A DNA stretch of 64,000 nucleotides, taken from NCBI GenBank assembly GCA_037200925.1, contig JBBCGO010000001.1, positions 9,552 through 73,551 of the forward strand, written 5' to 3'. The number at the start of each line of letters is the position of its first letter. Position 1 is the stretch's first letter. The translations under genes were made by a program, and so were the position numbers. The notes below the pieces were generated by a model, which saw nothing but the letters and a program-made list of their open reading frames with translations, ran no database searches and was not told the origin of the DNA. Below, in pieces: positions 46,087 to 56,656 of the stretch. This DNA comes from Candidatus Doudnabacteria bacterium. GTDB taxonomy: Bacteria > Patescibacteriota > Doudnabacteria > UBA920 > O2-02-FULL-48-8.

Positions 46087-47019
46087 ATGGAACAAATTCC
46101 ACTGCCGAAAAAAGTTTCTTTTGAAGAACTGGGGAACAATAAATACAAACTCGTCATGGAACCGCTGTATCCGGGATACGGCGTGACTTTGGGCAATTCT
46201 CTTCGCCGCATACTTCTGTCCAGTTTGCCGGGCGCGGCAGTGACTGCCGTGAAGATAAAAGGAGTGGACCATGAGTTTTCCACCATCCCGAACGTCAAAG
46301 AAGACGTGATAGAGATCATTCTGAACCTCAAGCAGCTCCGCTTGAAAGTCCATACTGACCAGCCTGTGAAGCTTGAACTGAAGGTCAAAGGCGAAAAAGA
46401 CGTGACCGGCGCTGACTTTAAGAAAAACGCGGATGTCGAAGTCGTCAACCAGGACATGCATATCGCGACTTTGGACAACAAGTCCGCTGACCTGGAGATG
46501 GAAGTGGTCGTTCAGTCGGGCCGCGGTTACGTACCGGTGGAGCAGCGCGAGCATGAGAAGCTGGAGATCGGGATGATCGCGGTTGACGCGATCTATACGC
46601 CGGTCCGCACCGTGAACTACGACATCAACAGCGTGCGCGTCGGCCAGATCACCAATTATGACGAATTGATCCTGACCATTGAAACGGACGGCACGACCAC
46701 AGGCAAAGATGCAATAGACCAGGCGGCGCATATTTTGATGGACCATTTCGCGCTATTCGGCAAAACCAATCTTGAGCAAACATCTGCGCCAGTTTTGGAT
46801 ACGGCTATGGATGAAGGGATCAAAACCCCGGAAGAGGATGACCTGAAATCACTGGGCCTATCCAACCGCTCTTACAATGCCCTGATCAAGAACAATATCA
46901 ATAAGATATCCCAGCTGTCCGCTCTGGATCATGAGCAGCTGCTTCATGTGGAAGGTTTGGGGGAAAAGTCAGTTGAGGAAATAGAAAGGTTGATAAAGAC
47001 TTACGCAGGGAACGTATAA
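46087..47019 (+). CDS. rpoA: DNA-directed RNA polymerase subunit alpha
   Basis: N-terminal dimerisation domain (..GNSLRRILLSSLPGAAVTAVKI..) and C-terminal domain (..NRSYNALIKNNINKISQL..). Confidence 0.9.
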   Translation: MEQIPLPKKVSFEELGNNKYKLVMEPLYPGYGVTLGNSLRRILLSSLPGAAVTAVKIKGVDHEFSTIPNVKEDVIEIILNLKQLRLKVHTDQPVKLELKVKGEKDVTGADFKKNADVEVVNQDMHIATLDNKSADLEMEVVVQSGRGYVPVEQREHEKLEIGMIAVDAIYTPVRTVNYDINSVRVGQITNYDELILTIETDGTTTGKDAIDQAAHILMDHFALFGKTNLEQTSAPVLDTAMDEGIKTPEEDDLKSLGLSNRSYNALIKNNINKISQLSALDHEQLLHVEGLGEKSVEEIERLIKTYAGNV

Positions 47020-47031
47020 TATAGTAAATTC

Positions 47032-47376
47032 ATGCGGCATTTGATGAAGAAAAAAATCGGCAAGGGACGGGACCATGCCAGGAAACTGGTCCGCTCTTTG
47101 GCCGCGTCAGCGATCGTTTACGAAAAGATCCAGACGACCGAGGCCAGGGCCAAGATCGCCCGGCAACTGGTGGAAAAGATGATCACGAAAGGCAAAAAAG
47201 AAGATCTGCATAACAAGCGCCAGATCTTTTCCGCATTGCCGCCAAATGCCGCGAGAAAGGTCATTGAAGTTCTGGGCCCGCGCTACAAAACCCGGCCGGG
47301 CGGATATACGCGCATTGTTCGCCTCGGGAAATCCAAGGACGGCATGCCGAAAGTATTGCTGGAATTAGTTGAATAG
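47032..47376 (+). CDS. rplQ: 50S ribosomal protein L17
   Basis: ..GRDHARKLVRSLAASAIVYEKIQTTEARAK.. L17 signature. Confidence 0.9.
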   Translation: MRHLMKKKIGKGRDHARKLVRSLAASAIVYEKIQTTEARAKIARQLVEKMITKGKKEDLHNKRQIFSALPPNAARKVIEVLGPRYKTRPGGYTRIVRLGKSKDGMPKVLLELVE

Positions 47377-47377
47377 T

Positions 47378-47797
47378 ATGAAAACTTTTATTCCAAAAAC
47401 TAAAGAGATCAAGCGTACATGGTACGGAGCGGATGCCAGCAAATTTGTGCTGGGCAGACTTGCTTCCAAAGTTGCAACCGTACTTCGCGGCAAGCACAAA
47501 GTCACTTTTACCCCGCATATGGACGTGGGTGATTTTGTGGTGGTTACGAACGCCGAGAAGGTGCGCTTTTCCGGCCGGAAACTTGAACAGAAAAGATACC
47601 ACAGATTCTCCGGCTATCCCGGCGGATTGTATACGAAGAAACTTTCTGACCGCATGGAAAAAGAGCCGGAAAAAGTCATCCGCGATGCGGTCTACAACAT
47701 GCTTGATAAAAACCGCCTGCGCAAGCATATTTTGCGCCGGCTGAAAGTTGTAAATGGAGATAAACACGAATTCCATGTAGAAAAGGAGATCAAATAA
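47378..47797 (+). CDS. rplM: 50S ribosomal protein L13
   Basis: MKTFIPKTKEIKRTWYGADASKFVLGRLAS.. This ATG is the first start codon after the rplQ stop codon. Confidence 0.9.
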   Translation: MKTFIPKTKEIKRTWYGADASKFVLGRLASKVATVLRGKHKVTFTPHMDVGDFVVVTNAEKVRFSGRKLEQKRYHRFSGYPGGLYTKKLSDRMEKEPEKVIRDAVYNMLDKNRLRKHILRRLKVVNGDKHEFHVEKEIK

Positions 47798-47798
47798 T

Positions 47799-48368
47799 AT
47801 GGAAGCAGTACCAAAAAAACCCGCCGACAAACCCGCGCACAAAAAACCGGCAGTCAAACCTCACGTTGCAAGAAAGCCACGGGCAGCTAAAGAGCATCCC
47901 GAACCGGCGGTTGTGGCTAAAACTTTGTTTGAACCGGACGCGGATGCTGTCGCGGACAAGCCGGTTGTGAAAATTGCTCACGGCAAAAGTTTTTATGCCG
48001 TGGGGCGCAGGAAAACTGCGGTTGCCCAGGCCTTGCTTTCAGCCGGCAATGGCACGATCACCATCAACCAATTGCCTTTTGAAGGATATTTCCAGACTGC
48101 TGATCTGCAGCTGATAGTGACTCAGCCGTTGCGGAGTCTGGGTTTGGAAAAACAGTTCAACGTGAAAAGCAAGATCCATGGCGGCGGTATTCACGCTCAA
48201 GCCGAGTCATTGCGTCATGCAATTTCCAGGACCCTGATCGCCCACAACCCGGAGTCCAGGCGGACTCTGAAAAAACTCGGGTTTCTGAAGCGCGACCCGA
48301 GAGTCAAGGAACGAAAGAAACCGGGATTGAAGAGAGCAAGACGCGCGCCGCAGTTCAGCAAGAGATAA
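47799..48368 (+). CDS. rpsI: 30S ribosomal protein S9 with a ~60-aa Lys/Pro/Ala-rich N-terminal extension
   Basis: The C-terminal 130 aa is canonical S9 (..GGGIHAQAESLRHAISRTL..KRARRAPQFSKR). An extension, KKPADKPAHKKPAVKP.., precedes it. Confidence 0.9.
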   Translation: MEAVPKKPADKPAHKKPAVKPHVARKPRAAKEHPEPAVVAKTLFEPDADAVADKPVVKIAHGKSFYAVGRRKTAVAQALLSAGNGTITINQLPFEGYFQTADLQLIVTQPLRSLGLEKQFNVKSKIHGGGIHAQAESLRHAISRTLIAHNPESRRTLKKLGFLKRDPRVKERKKPGLKRARRAPQFSKR

Positions 48369-48374
48369 AAAAAT

Positions 48375-48403
48375 AGCCGAGACACAAGCTGTCTCGGCTT
48401 TTC
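48375..48403 (+). terminator. rho-independent terminator of the ribosomal operon
   Basis: AGCCGAGAC..GTCTCGGCT stem plus TTTT. Confidence 0.8.
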
Positions 48404-48410
48404 GATCGGC

Positions 48411-49344
48411 TTATTGCCATCCTAGAGCCGGGTAATTCACGCAACTGCCGCAAGGCCCTATGGTAGGATTGGTTGATTCGACCGTGTCAGGGTCACGTCC
48501 GTCAAATGTCGGCCACCAGTCGGCTTCGATAATGTAAACCTGACCGTTCTTCAGGACAACTCTCAACGGACCGTTTACCCAAACATCGAAGTCTTTCGGC
48601 CAACTGGGAGTATTGTAAGTGGTATCTGCCGGATGTGCATTAGGATATAGACTGTGGAATTTAGCAGGATCGTCTCCGATCCGAAGTCCGCGGTCAGTTG
48701 ATCCTTGCCACGGCGCTCTGACGGCAACCGTAACAAAACCATTAAACGCCCATTGCAACCAGATATAGTTCCCGCCAGAACAACCCAGATACTCAAGCGT
48801 CTGTCCGGCTCCTCCAGTATGGCCATTATAGTAACTGTAGTCAGGGTCATCACTGCCAGCCCGCCAGTCACCCTGGTATCGCCTCATCACTCCGAATCCC
48901 GCTGCGGAACCAGTCGGAGCAATAGGACCTGAATCACACTCAGAGAGCGTGACGTTTATGGTCACAATCGCGGTCTGGTTGTCGTACACAGCCTTGATAT
49001 CGGCTGCTCCATAGGCATGCGAAGTGACCAATCCTTTGTCTATTGTAGCGACGGTTGTGTTTGACGAGCTCCAGGTTGCGGCATCGGTGACGTTTTGGGT
49101 CCTACCCGAAGCGCCCGAATCAGCCTGCAACTTAAGCGTATGGGTTTTTGCCCTTGATCTCTGAAGTACCCTTTATATCTTTGATGATCGTGGTCACGTC
49201 ATAGATCTTTAAAGCCTCATCATTACTTGGCGATAGTAGGTTCTTAATGCAGGCCGAAAACGTTATGCACAAAATCGCCAGCAACCACGGTTTCATACAT
49301 CCTCCTTGGTTTAGAAATATACGGGAAAAAATTACCGGCGTCAA
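48411..49344 (-). pseudogene. lipoprotein with Big_2 (bacterial Ig-like) domain, split by a frameshift into a 70-aa signal-peptide ORF and a 239-aa body ORF
   Basis: ORF 49132..49344 (MKPWLLAILCITFSAC lipobox) ends at a TAA two bases from the start of ORF 48411..49130 in another frame. The body frame stays open through the junction and has no signal peptide of its own. The Big_2 motif is NVTDAATWSSSNTTVATIDKGLVTSHAYGAADIKAV. Confidence 0.45.
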
Positions 49345-49497
49345 TAGGTTTCTTCAAGAATTTGTGACTATTATCAGAACGGTTGCTCCTTTGGTTTTTT
49401 CATTTCTCACTTGACAAAATAATAATTTCCGTTATAAAATACCTTACGTTTGCATAGAAACAGAGCAACAAAAATTAACATTAACAGCGAAAAAAAA

Positions 49498-52400
49498 ATG
49501 ACAACTCAAAACGGGTTTTTTCGAAAGTCGTTGTATATGTTTGCCATCGCCGCTTTGGTACTGAGCGGTTTTTTTGCGGGCGTTTCCCCGGCTTCGGCAA
49601 CCACCGGCACTTTCACCGCCACCCAGACCGTGGCGAATGTTCCAGCCTCCACAATTCCTTCCGTAACTTTTGCCGGAGGGTCTAACGCCGTAAACGGGGT
49701 TGTTCCGGCTGTAACTTTTGCCGGCGGCGCCAATGCAGTCACCAGCTCTATCCCATCCATCACTTTCGCGGGAGGAGTAAACGGCGTTGCTGCCACAGCT
49801 TCCACTACTATCCCGGCAGGTCTTGCTGCCAATGCCACTGACCATTCCATCACAATCGACGGAGTAGTGATCAACCTCGGCACAGCAGCTCAGAGTGCAG
49901 TTCAGGTAGCATCCACCATTGCCGGCACAAACTTTTCAACCGGTACCAGTTTTCTTGCCGATGGAGCGTATACGGTAAGCAATGTTGGCGCAACCGTGAC
50001 CTTTACCAGAACAGCCACCGGCACTGCCGGGAATAACGGCCTGACAATTGCTGATACTGATTTCACCTCTGTGAATGCAGCGGCTGCCAGCGCGACGGTC
50101 ATTGTACCGGCAGGCCTTGCTGCCAATGCCACTGACGAAATAATTATGATCGACGGAGTGAGTATTGATCTGGGCACCGCCGCTCAAACAGCAGTTCAGG
50201 TAGCCTCCACCATTGCCGGCAGTGACTTTTCAACCGGTACAAGCTATATGGCTGACGGAGCGTATACGGTAAGCAATGTTGGCGGTACCTCAGCCACAGT
50301 CACCTTTACCAGAACCGCCACCGGCACCGCGGGAAATGTAAACCTATTAGTTGCCGATGCCGATTATACGACTACAAACGGCGTTGCTGCCACAGCTTCC
50401 ACCACTATCCCGGCAGCTTTGCCTGCGAATGCAGCGGACCATTCAATTATGATCGACGGGGTGACCATTGATCTGGGAACAGGCATCAGAAGTGCTGCCA
50501 GTATCGGTGGGCTTATTGCTTCGACTGATTTTAGTTCCGGAACAAGTTTTCAGGCTGACGGGTCCTATACGGTAACTAATAATAACGCTGTCGTTACTTT
50601 TACGCGAGACAATACAGGCACTGCCGGCAATAACGGCCTGACAATTGCTGATGCTGATTTCACGGGCGGAGTCAGAGCAGCAAGGACGGTTACAGTGAAC
50701 AGTGTTCCTGCCAACGGGGTCAATCTCACCATTGGCACTTGTGTTATATCGTTTAACACCATAGCCACTGCTGACGCAGATTGCGGTAATAATAACGCGG
50801 GTATCAGAACCAGTGTAGACAATACTGCGGCTCTGGTTGCTGCGAGGCTGCGAACCTTGATTAATGTGTCTGATGTCGGGCATGGCGCTTTGACAGTGGC
50901 AGGCAGCGGCACAACCGCCAGCTTCACCACAACAGGTCCTGAAACTTCAGCTACTGTAATCACTGCTTCTCTGTCCGCGGGGGCGAGCATTATTCTGACC
51001 ACTGTTAATACTACGGGTGTTGTTTTTTCCACAGCCACGATCCCGGCCCTTACTTTTACGGGCGGAGTTACGCTTGTCACCAGCTCTCTTGTCCCGGTCG
51101 TTACTTTTGGAGGAGGCGTTGATATTGTCACCAGCTCTATCCCATCCATCACTTTCGCGGGAGGAGTAAACGGCGTGGCTGCCACAGCTTCCACTACTAT
51201 CCCGGCAGGTCTTGCTGCCAATGCCACTGACCATTCCATCACAATCGACGGAGTAGTGATCAACCTCGGCACAGCAGCTCAGAGTGCAGTTCAGGTAGCA
51301 TCCACCATTGCCGGCACAAACTTTTCAACCGGTACAAGCTATACGGCTGACGGAGCGTATACGGTAAGCAATGTTGGCGGTACCTCAGCCACAGTCACCT
51401 TTACCAGAACAGCCACCGGCACTGCCGGGAACAACGGTCTGACAATTGCTGATACTGACTATACCACCGTAAATGCAGTGACGGCGAGCGTCACAGTTAC
51501 AATAACCGATTCCCTGGCCGGCAATGCTAATGACCATTCAATTACCATAGACGGAGTAACCATTGATCTGGGAACATCCGCTTTGACCGCTAATCAAGTT
51601 GCGGCCGCGATCGCCGCCAATCCGTTCACAGGCAAAGATTACACCGTAACCAATCCCTCCGGCGCCAATCTTACTTTTACTAAGAATCTGGGAGGTACTG
51701 CCGGAAATGTTTCCCTGACGCTTCAAGATCCTTTATATACCAAAATTAACGCTGTGTCGGCAACGGTTACGGTTACAATACCTGCCGGCCTTGTGGCCAA
51801 TGCCACTGACCATGTGGTCATCATAGACGGAGTAACCATTGATCTGGGAACATCCGCTTTGACCGCTAATCAAGTTGCGGCCGCGATCGCCGCCAATCCG
51901 TTCACAGGCAAAGATTACACCGTAACCAATCCCTCCGGCGCCAATCTTACTTTTACTAAGAATCTGGGAGGTACTGCCGGAAATGTGGCGCTGACAATTC
52001 AGGATGCAAGTTATGGTGCAGTGGCTCAAGTGGCCACGTTCACACCCGCATCAGTGACCGCAACCGAAACATATAGGGCAACCATCAACGGGATAAATTA
52101 TGATTACCTGGCCGCCGGAGGAGATAATGTAGCAACAGTGGTAGCAGCACTAGCGCCTCTGATGGACGCAAACCCTGCTGTTGATTGTTCCCAAGACACC
52201 ACTAAGATCACCTGTGCCGCGAGCGTTGCAGGAACCGCCTTTACTTTTTCCGCAACAGTCATTTCCGGAGCAACTTTAAGTTCCGTTCACATTGGATCTA
52301 ACAACGCAAATCCAGCACAGGCAAAAGTCGGAGACATGGTGACTTTGACTTTCAGTTCTTCTGTGAGCATCCAGTCTGTTGTGGTTACGATCGCGGGTCA

Positions 52401-54600
52401 TCCGGTCACAGCTTCCGGTTCGGGCGCAGGTCCCTATACAGCCACGTACATGATGGCCACTGGTGATACGGAAGGCGCGGTTGCTTTCACGATTGATTTT
52501 ACGGATATGGCTAGCAACCCCGGGAGCACAGTTACGGGGACTACTGACGCGTCCAGTATAAATTTTGACAAAACGCCTCCCGCGACTCCGGTGATCACGT
52601 CGATCGCAGGCGATAATTTCATCAATAATTCAGAAAAAACGGCAATAGTCGTTCTGGGAACTGCTGAAGCCAACTCGTCAGTCAGCGTGTCTTTGGCCGG
52701 AGGCGCAACGGTTAACAGTATTGTTACTGCTGACGGTCTGGGCAATTTTACCGCAACGATAGACGGGACAACCCTGACCGATGGAACAATTACTCCTTCT
52801 GTGGTTGTCATGGATGCGGCCGGCAACGCAAGCGCGGCCGCAATGACGCCGACAGCCGTAAAAGACGTGGTGGCGCCTACGGCTTCGATCAGTTACTCCA
52901 TCCCATACGCAGTCAGGTCAGGAGATTCGCTCACAATTACGGCAACTTTCAGCGAACCAATATTGGATTCACCGGTAGTTAAATTGGCTATTTCCGGCAG
53001 CAATACTTTGGCTGCGGCGGATATGACCAAAACCGACGGCACTCATTACACATATGTGTTTACGGTCGGTTCAGGAGATGGTGCAGCATCCGTGGCATTA
53101 AGCGTTGGCACTGATGCTGCGGGCAACATTGTGGCTTCAACTCCTACAAACAACGCTGCATTTACAGTTAATAATACAACCCCGATCGTTCCTAACTCCG
53201 TAACTTTAAGCGATTCTACTACTCTGGATCTTTCTTCTGGCTTGGCTCCGCAGACGTCCGCTGATGTGAACGTTGAAGGTGTTGCTACAGTGAGTATGGT
53301 CAAATCAGTTCTCCTGCGCGGCGCCACCCTGGGCGATCCGGTCGTGATTAGCAATTCTGATCTGGCTGGGGTAAATGTCAGCATTCCGGACGGAACTACT
53401 ATTACCGGTCCCAACGGCTGGGATGGGAATATACTTCCGCCAAAGACCAATACGGACAGTTCCGGTACTCCGCCTTCCGGATTCCAAATAGGAAATAACA
53501 TTATAGAAGTCGGTTCCCTGGGGAATGTCCTGGTTTTAGATAGTCCCGTAACAATTACCGTCTCAAATGCCACAGCGCCGATCGGTTACCGCGCGGCCAA
53601 TACAACTATGTGGGTTGCTCTTCCTATGTGCACAGGAACTTATGCCAGCCCTGTTCCGGTAGCTTCACCAAATGCTTGTTGGATAACTAATGGCACTGAT
53701 ACGAAAATAGTTACTTTCCACTTCAGTACTTTTGCCGGATTGATCGCAGTGAGCACTGGAGGCGGTGGCGGCGGAGGGGGTGGCGGCGGCAGTGGCAACG
53801 GTATTTTGCCGCCCGTAGCAAGCTCAACTTCATCTTCGGTTCCAGGATTACCCTCCACGGGTAACGCGGTCACGACTCCCGCACCGGCTGGGGCGCATCC
53901 GAACGGAACGTTGATCTATGATGGCCAGACTTTTTATCTGATAAATAATGCGCAAAAGATCGGCTTCCGCGACCCCAATGAATTTGCCTCTTACGGCTAT
54001 AAATTCAGCCAAGGGGTACCGGCGAATGCTATAGATAAAGCTCTGCCAACTGCGCCGGATATTGCGAGAGCAATGGCAGGAACCTTAGTGATAGATGCCA
54101 GAGACAATATTACCGTTTATATGATAGGCACCGGCAGTACTGCAAGGGGCTTTACCTCTGCTGATGTATTCATGGCTTTGGGCTATAGTTTTGGGGGACT
54201 TCCGAGAATTAATTTGGCTGATTATCCTGTAGGACCTGTGATTGGTTCAACTACCGATGCTCATCCGGACGGCTCATTGGTTCTGGACGGCAATACCATT
54301 TGGTGGCTGCAAGGCGGACAAAAACAGGGATTTGAATCCATGGCAGTGTTCAACACCTACGGGTTCAGCCTGTCGCGGGTTGTTCCGGCGAACGATTCAG
54401 ACAGGGCAATACCGGAAGGCCCGATCGTGAAATTCAGGGACGGCACATTGATCAATGACGGGGTCAGTTACTACATAATTTCCGACGGCAAAAAACTGCA
54501 GTTCTCATCCGCGGCCGATCTGTCCAATAGGGGATACAAAACTTCCAACGCCGTGATGACCAGCCTGATCAATTACGAAGCAGGCGGAATGGTCCAGTAA
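49498..54600 (+). CDS. giant (~1,700 aa) secreted surface protein: tandem ~95-aa Thr/Ala/Gly-rich repeats, Ig-like domains, poly-Gly linker and four C-terminal ~40-aa repeats
   Basis: Signal peptide after the ATG at 49498. Internal near-identical DNA repeats (for example 49790-49950 with 51180-51340, and 51540-51720 with 51830-52010). A G11 linker near 53760. The C-terminal repeats are homologous to those at 19650-20361 and 21240-22109. Confidence 0.8.
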   Translation: MTTQNGFFRKSLYMFAIAALVLSGFFAGVSPASATTGTFTATQTVANVPASTIPSVTFAGGSNAVNGVVPAVTFAGGANAVTSSIPSITFAGGVNGVAATASTTIPAGLAANATDHSITIDGVVINLGTAAQSAVQVASTIAGTNFSTGTSFLADGAYTVSNVGATVTFTRTATGTAGNNGLTIADTDFTSVNAAAASATVIVPAGLAANATDEIIMIDGVSIDLGTAAQTAVQVASTIAGSDFSTGTSYMADGAYTVSNVGGTSATVTFTRTATGTAGNVNLLVADADYTTTNGVAATASTTIPAALPANAADHSIMIDGVTIDLGTGIRSAASIGGLIASTDFSSGTSFQADGSYTVTNNNAVVTFTRDNTGTAGNNGLTIADADFTGGVRAARTVTVNSVPANGVNLTIGTCVISFNTIATADADCGNNNAGIRTSVDNTAALVAARLRTLINVSDVGHGALTVAGSGTTASFTTTGPETSATVITASLSAGASIILTTVNTTGVVFSTATIPALTFTGGVTLVTSSLVPVVTFGGGVDIVTSSIPSITFAGGVNGVAATASTTIPAGLAANATDHSITIDGVVINLGTAAQSAVQVASTIAGTNFSTGTSYTADGAYTVSNVGGTSATVTFTRTATGTAGNNGLTIADTDYTTVNAVTASVTVTITDSLAGNANDHSITIDGVTIDLGTSALTANQVAAAIAANPFTGKDYTVTNPSGANLTFTKNLGGTAGNVSLTLQDPLYTKINAVSATVTVTIPAGLVANATDHVVIIDGVTIDLGTSALTANQVAAAIAANPFTGKDYTVTNPSGANLTFTKNLGGTAGNVALTIQDASYGAVAQVATFTPASVTATETYRATINGINYDYLAAGGDNVATVVAALAPLMDANPAVDCSQDTTKITCAASVAGTAFTFSATVISGATLSSVHIGSNNANPAQAKVGDMVTLTFSSSVSIQSVVVTIAGHPVTASGSGAGPYTATYMMATGDTEGAVAFTIDFTDMASNPGSTVTGTTDASSINFDKTPPATPVITSIAGDNFINNSEKTAIVVLGTAEANSSVSVSLAGGATVNSIVTADGLGNFTATIDGTTLTDGTITPSVVVMDAAGNASAAAMTPTAVKDVVAPTASISYSIPYAVRSGDSLTITATFSEPILDSPVVKLAISGSNTLAAADMTKTDGTHYTYVFTVGSGDGAASVALSVGTDAAGNIVASTPTNNAAFTVNNTTPIVPNSVTLSDSTTLDLSSGLAPQTSADVNVEGVATVSMVKSVLLRGATLGDPVVISNSDLAGVNVSIPDGTTITGPNGWDGNILPPKTNTDSSGTPPSGFQIGNNIIEVGSLGNVLVLDSPVTITVSNATAPIGYRAANTTMWVALPMCTGTYASPVPVASPNACWITNGTDTKIVTFHFSTFAGLIAVSTGGGGGGGGGGGSGNGILPPVASSTSSSVPGLPSTGNAVTTPAPAGAHPNGTLIYDGQTFYLINNAQKIGFRDPNEFASYGYKFSQGVPANAIDKALPTAPDIARAMAGTLVIDARDNITVYMIGTGSTARGFTSADVFMALGYSFGGLPRINLADYPVGPVIGSTTDAHPDGSLVLDGNTIWWLQGGQKQGFESMAVFNTYGFSLSRVVPANDSDRAIPEGPIVKFRDGTLINDGVSYYIISDGKKLQFSSAADLSNRGYKTSNAVMTSLINYEAGGMVQ

Positions 54601-54613
54601 AAAAGAAAATAGA

Positions 54614-54644
54614 AAAAGACCTTGCGTGAGCTAGGTCTTTTTTG
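54614..54644. terminator. bidirectional terminator between the giant-protein gene and typA
   Basis: AAAGACCT..AGGTCTTT stem with A-run and T-run flanks. Confidence 0.7.
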
Positions 54645-54663
54645 TTGCTTATAATTATTCGTT

Positions 54664-56478
54664 TTATTGTTTCTTTTCGCGCTTGCGTTTGTTCGGATCC
54701 AGAATTTTCTTTCGCAGCCTCAAACTTTCGGGAGTGACTTCCAGCAGCTCATCCGGTCCCAGATATTCCAAAGATTCTTCCAGGCTCATAACTTTGGGCG
54801 GGGTCAGGATCAGCGCTGCGTCAGTGCCGGAAGCGCGCATATTGGATAATTTTTTAGTTTTGTTTATGTTCACTTCAATGTCCTCGGCTTTGGCATTTTC
54901 GCCGACGATCATGCCCAGATAGACTTCCACTGCCGGTCCTATAAATAATGTGCCGCGTTCCTGCGCGTTATTCAGTCCGTAAGCGTTGGAAATTCCGGAT
55001 TCGGAAGCGATCAGCGAACCGTGAGGCAGATTAACTTCCCTCTCCGCTTCGACAGGACGGTAAGAATCAAAGATATGGTTGATGATCACAGTTCCTTTAG
55101 TCTGGGTCAGAAGTTTGCTTTTAAGTCCGATCAAACTCCGGGTAGACATGACGTAATCCAAATGCGTTTCGCCGTGGCTGGTATGGATCATGGTCACTAG
55201 TTCGCCGCGGCGGCGTCCGATCTCTTCAATTATCGCCCCCTGGTAATCATTGGGAACGATGACCGATAAGCGTTCGAACGGTTCGGTTCTTACTCCATTC
55301 TCATCTTTGAAAATAACTTCCGGCTGGGACACTTGCAGTTCAAATCCTTCGCGGCGCATGGTCTCTATCAGGATGGCCAGATGCAGTTCGCCTCTTCCTG
55401 CCACCTGAAAAGTATCCGGGCTCCCTGTATCCGTGACTTTGAGCGCTACATTGGTTTCCAATTCCTTGTATAACCGGTCGCGCAGATTGCGCGAGGTGAC
55501 GAATTTGCCTTCGCGGCCGGCAAAGGGCGAGTTGTTCACGGCAAAAGTCATTTGTACCGTCGGCTCATCCACTATCACCGGGTCTATCTGTTTTGGATTC
55601 GCAGGGTCAGTGATGGTTGAACCGATCGTAATTTCTTCCAACCCGGCCACTGACACGATCTCGCCGGCGGAGGCCTCTTCCACTGATTGTTTTTGCAAGC
55701 CTTGGAATACTGAAATATCCGTGGTTTTTGCCGTGAATTTTACGCCATCGGGCGCGATCTGCATGACTGACTGGTTCTTTTTGATGGAGCCGGAATAAAT
55801 CTTGCCGATGCCCATTTTGCCTATGTATGGATCGTAAGCTAAAGCCAAGACCAGAATTTGCAGCGGTTCGTTTTCAATGATCGTCGGTCCCGGGATCTTG
55901 CCGACAATGGTTTCGAACAGGGGAGTCAGATCAGTGCTGGGTTTATGGATGTCCAGAGTAGCGGTGCCGGCTGTTGCCTGGGCGTAAATTATAGGAAAAT
56001 CCAGCTGGTCGTCTTTCGCGCCCAGGTTTACGAACAGATCAAAAGTTTTGTTCACAACTTCATCTACTTGCGCGTCAGAACGGTCAATTTTATTTATGAC
56101 CACGATGGCTTTGTGTCCCAGTTCCAGGGCTTTTTTCAGCACGAATTTGGTTTGTGGCATTGGGCCTTCCTTGGCATCTACCAAAAGCAAAACGCCGTCC
56201 ACCATCCGAAGCGTGCGCTCCACTTCGCCGCCAAAGTCAGCGTGCCCCGGCGTATCCACAATATTGATTTTTACGCCATTAAAAACTACCGAGGCGTTTT
56301 TGGCCTTGATGGTAATGCCGCGCTCGCGTTCCAGGTCCATGGAGTCCATGATCAGCACGCCCAGATCTTCCACGTTACGCTGAACATGGGTTTGTTTGAG
56401 CATGGCGTCAACCAAAGTTGTTTTTCCGTGGTCAACGTGAGCAATTATTGCAATATTCCGAATGTCAGCTCTTTTCAT
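54664..56478 (-). CDS. typA: translational GTPase TypA/BipA
   Basis: [24 protein letters not shown].. G-domain ([13 protein letters not shown]) and a BipA-type C-terminus. The start is set at the MKRAD methionine, not the longer ORF-track start. Confidence 0.9.
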   Translation of the reverse strand: MKRADIRNIAIIAHVDHGKTTLVDAMLKQTHVQRNVEDLGVLIMDSMDLERERGITIKAKNASVVFNGVKINIVDTPGHADFGGEVERTLRMVDGVLLLVDAKEGPMPQTKFVLKKALELGHKAIVVINKIDRSDAQVDEVVNKTFDLFVNLGAKDDQLDFPIIYAQATAGTATLDIHKPSTDLTPLFETIVGKIPGPTIIENEPLQILVLALAYDPYIGKMGIGKIYSGSIKKNQSVMQIAPDGVKFTAKTTDISVFQGLQKQSVEEASAGEIVSVAGLEEITIGSTITDPANPKQIDPVIVDEPTVQMTFAVNNSPFAGREGKFVTSRNLRDRLYKELETNVALKVTDTGSPDTFQVAGRGELHLAILIETMRREGFELQVSQPEVIFKDENGVRTEPFERLSVIVPNDYQGAIIEEIGRRRGELVTMIHTSHGETHLDYVMSTRSLIGLKSKLLTQTKGTVIINHIFDSYRPVEAEREVNLPHGSLIASESGISNAYGLNNAQERGTLFIGPAVEVYLGMIVGENAKAEDIEVNINKTKKLSNMRASGTDAALILTPPKVMSLEESLEYLGPDELLEVTPESLRLRKKILDPNKRKREKKQ

Positions 56479-56656
56479 AATGTAAATAAAATAAAATCCG
56501 GCGATGGTGCCGAAGCACTGGTAAATATACCAAATCTTGGCTTTTTTGTCAAAATGCAGATAATATCTCAGCCATTTTTTATACTGGTATAATTGCAAAA
56601 GTTATTAACCCGAGCTATAATATTTTTCCGGACCAAAGGTTCCCAAGGAGGAGAGA

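Noticed and set aside
49506-53873. Numerous minus-strand ORFs of 60-235 aa inside the giant surface-protein gene and a plus out-of-frame ORF at 54242..54430
   Set aside because: They are antisense or alternative frames of a repeat-rich Thr/Ala/Gly gene. They all lack start contexts.
54667-56592. Plus-strand ORFs (55433..55798, 55858..56592, 56048..56383) opposite typA
   Set aside because: They are antisense to a highly conserved GTPase gene. Their translations have no motifs.
56479-56598. N-terminal 40-aa extension of the typA ORF (MQLYQYKKWLRYY..)
   Set aside because: TypA homologs begin at [21 protein letters not shown]. The extension is low-complexity and reads into the divergent promoter region.
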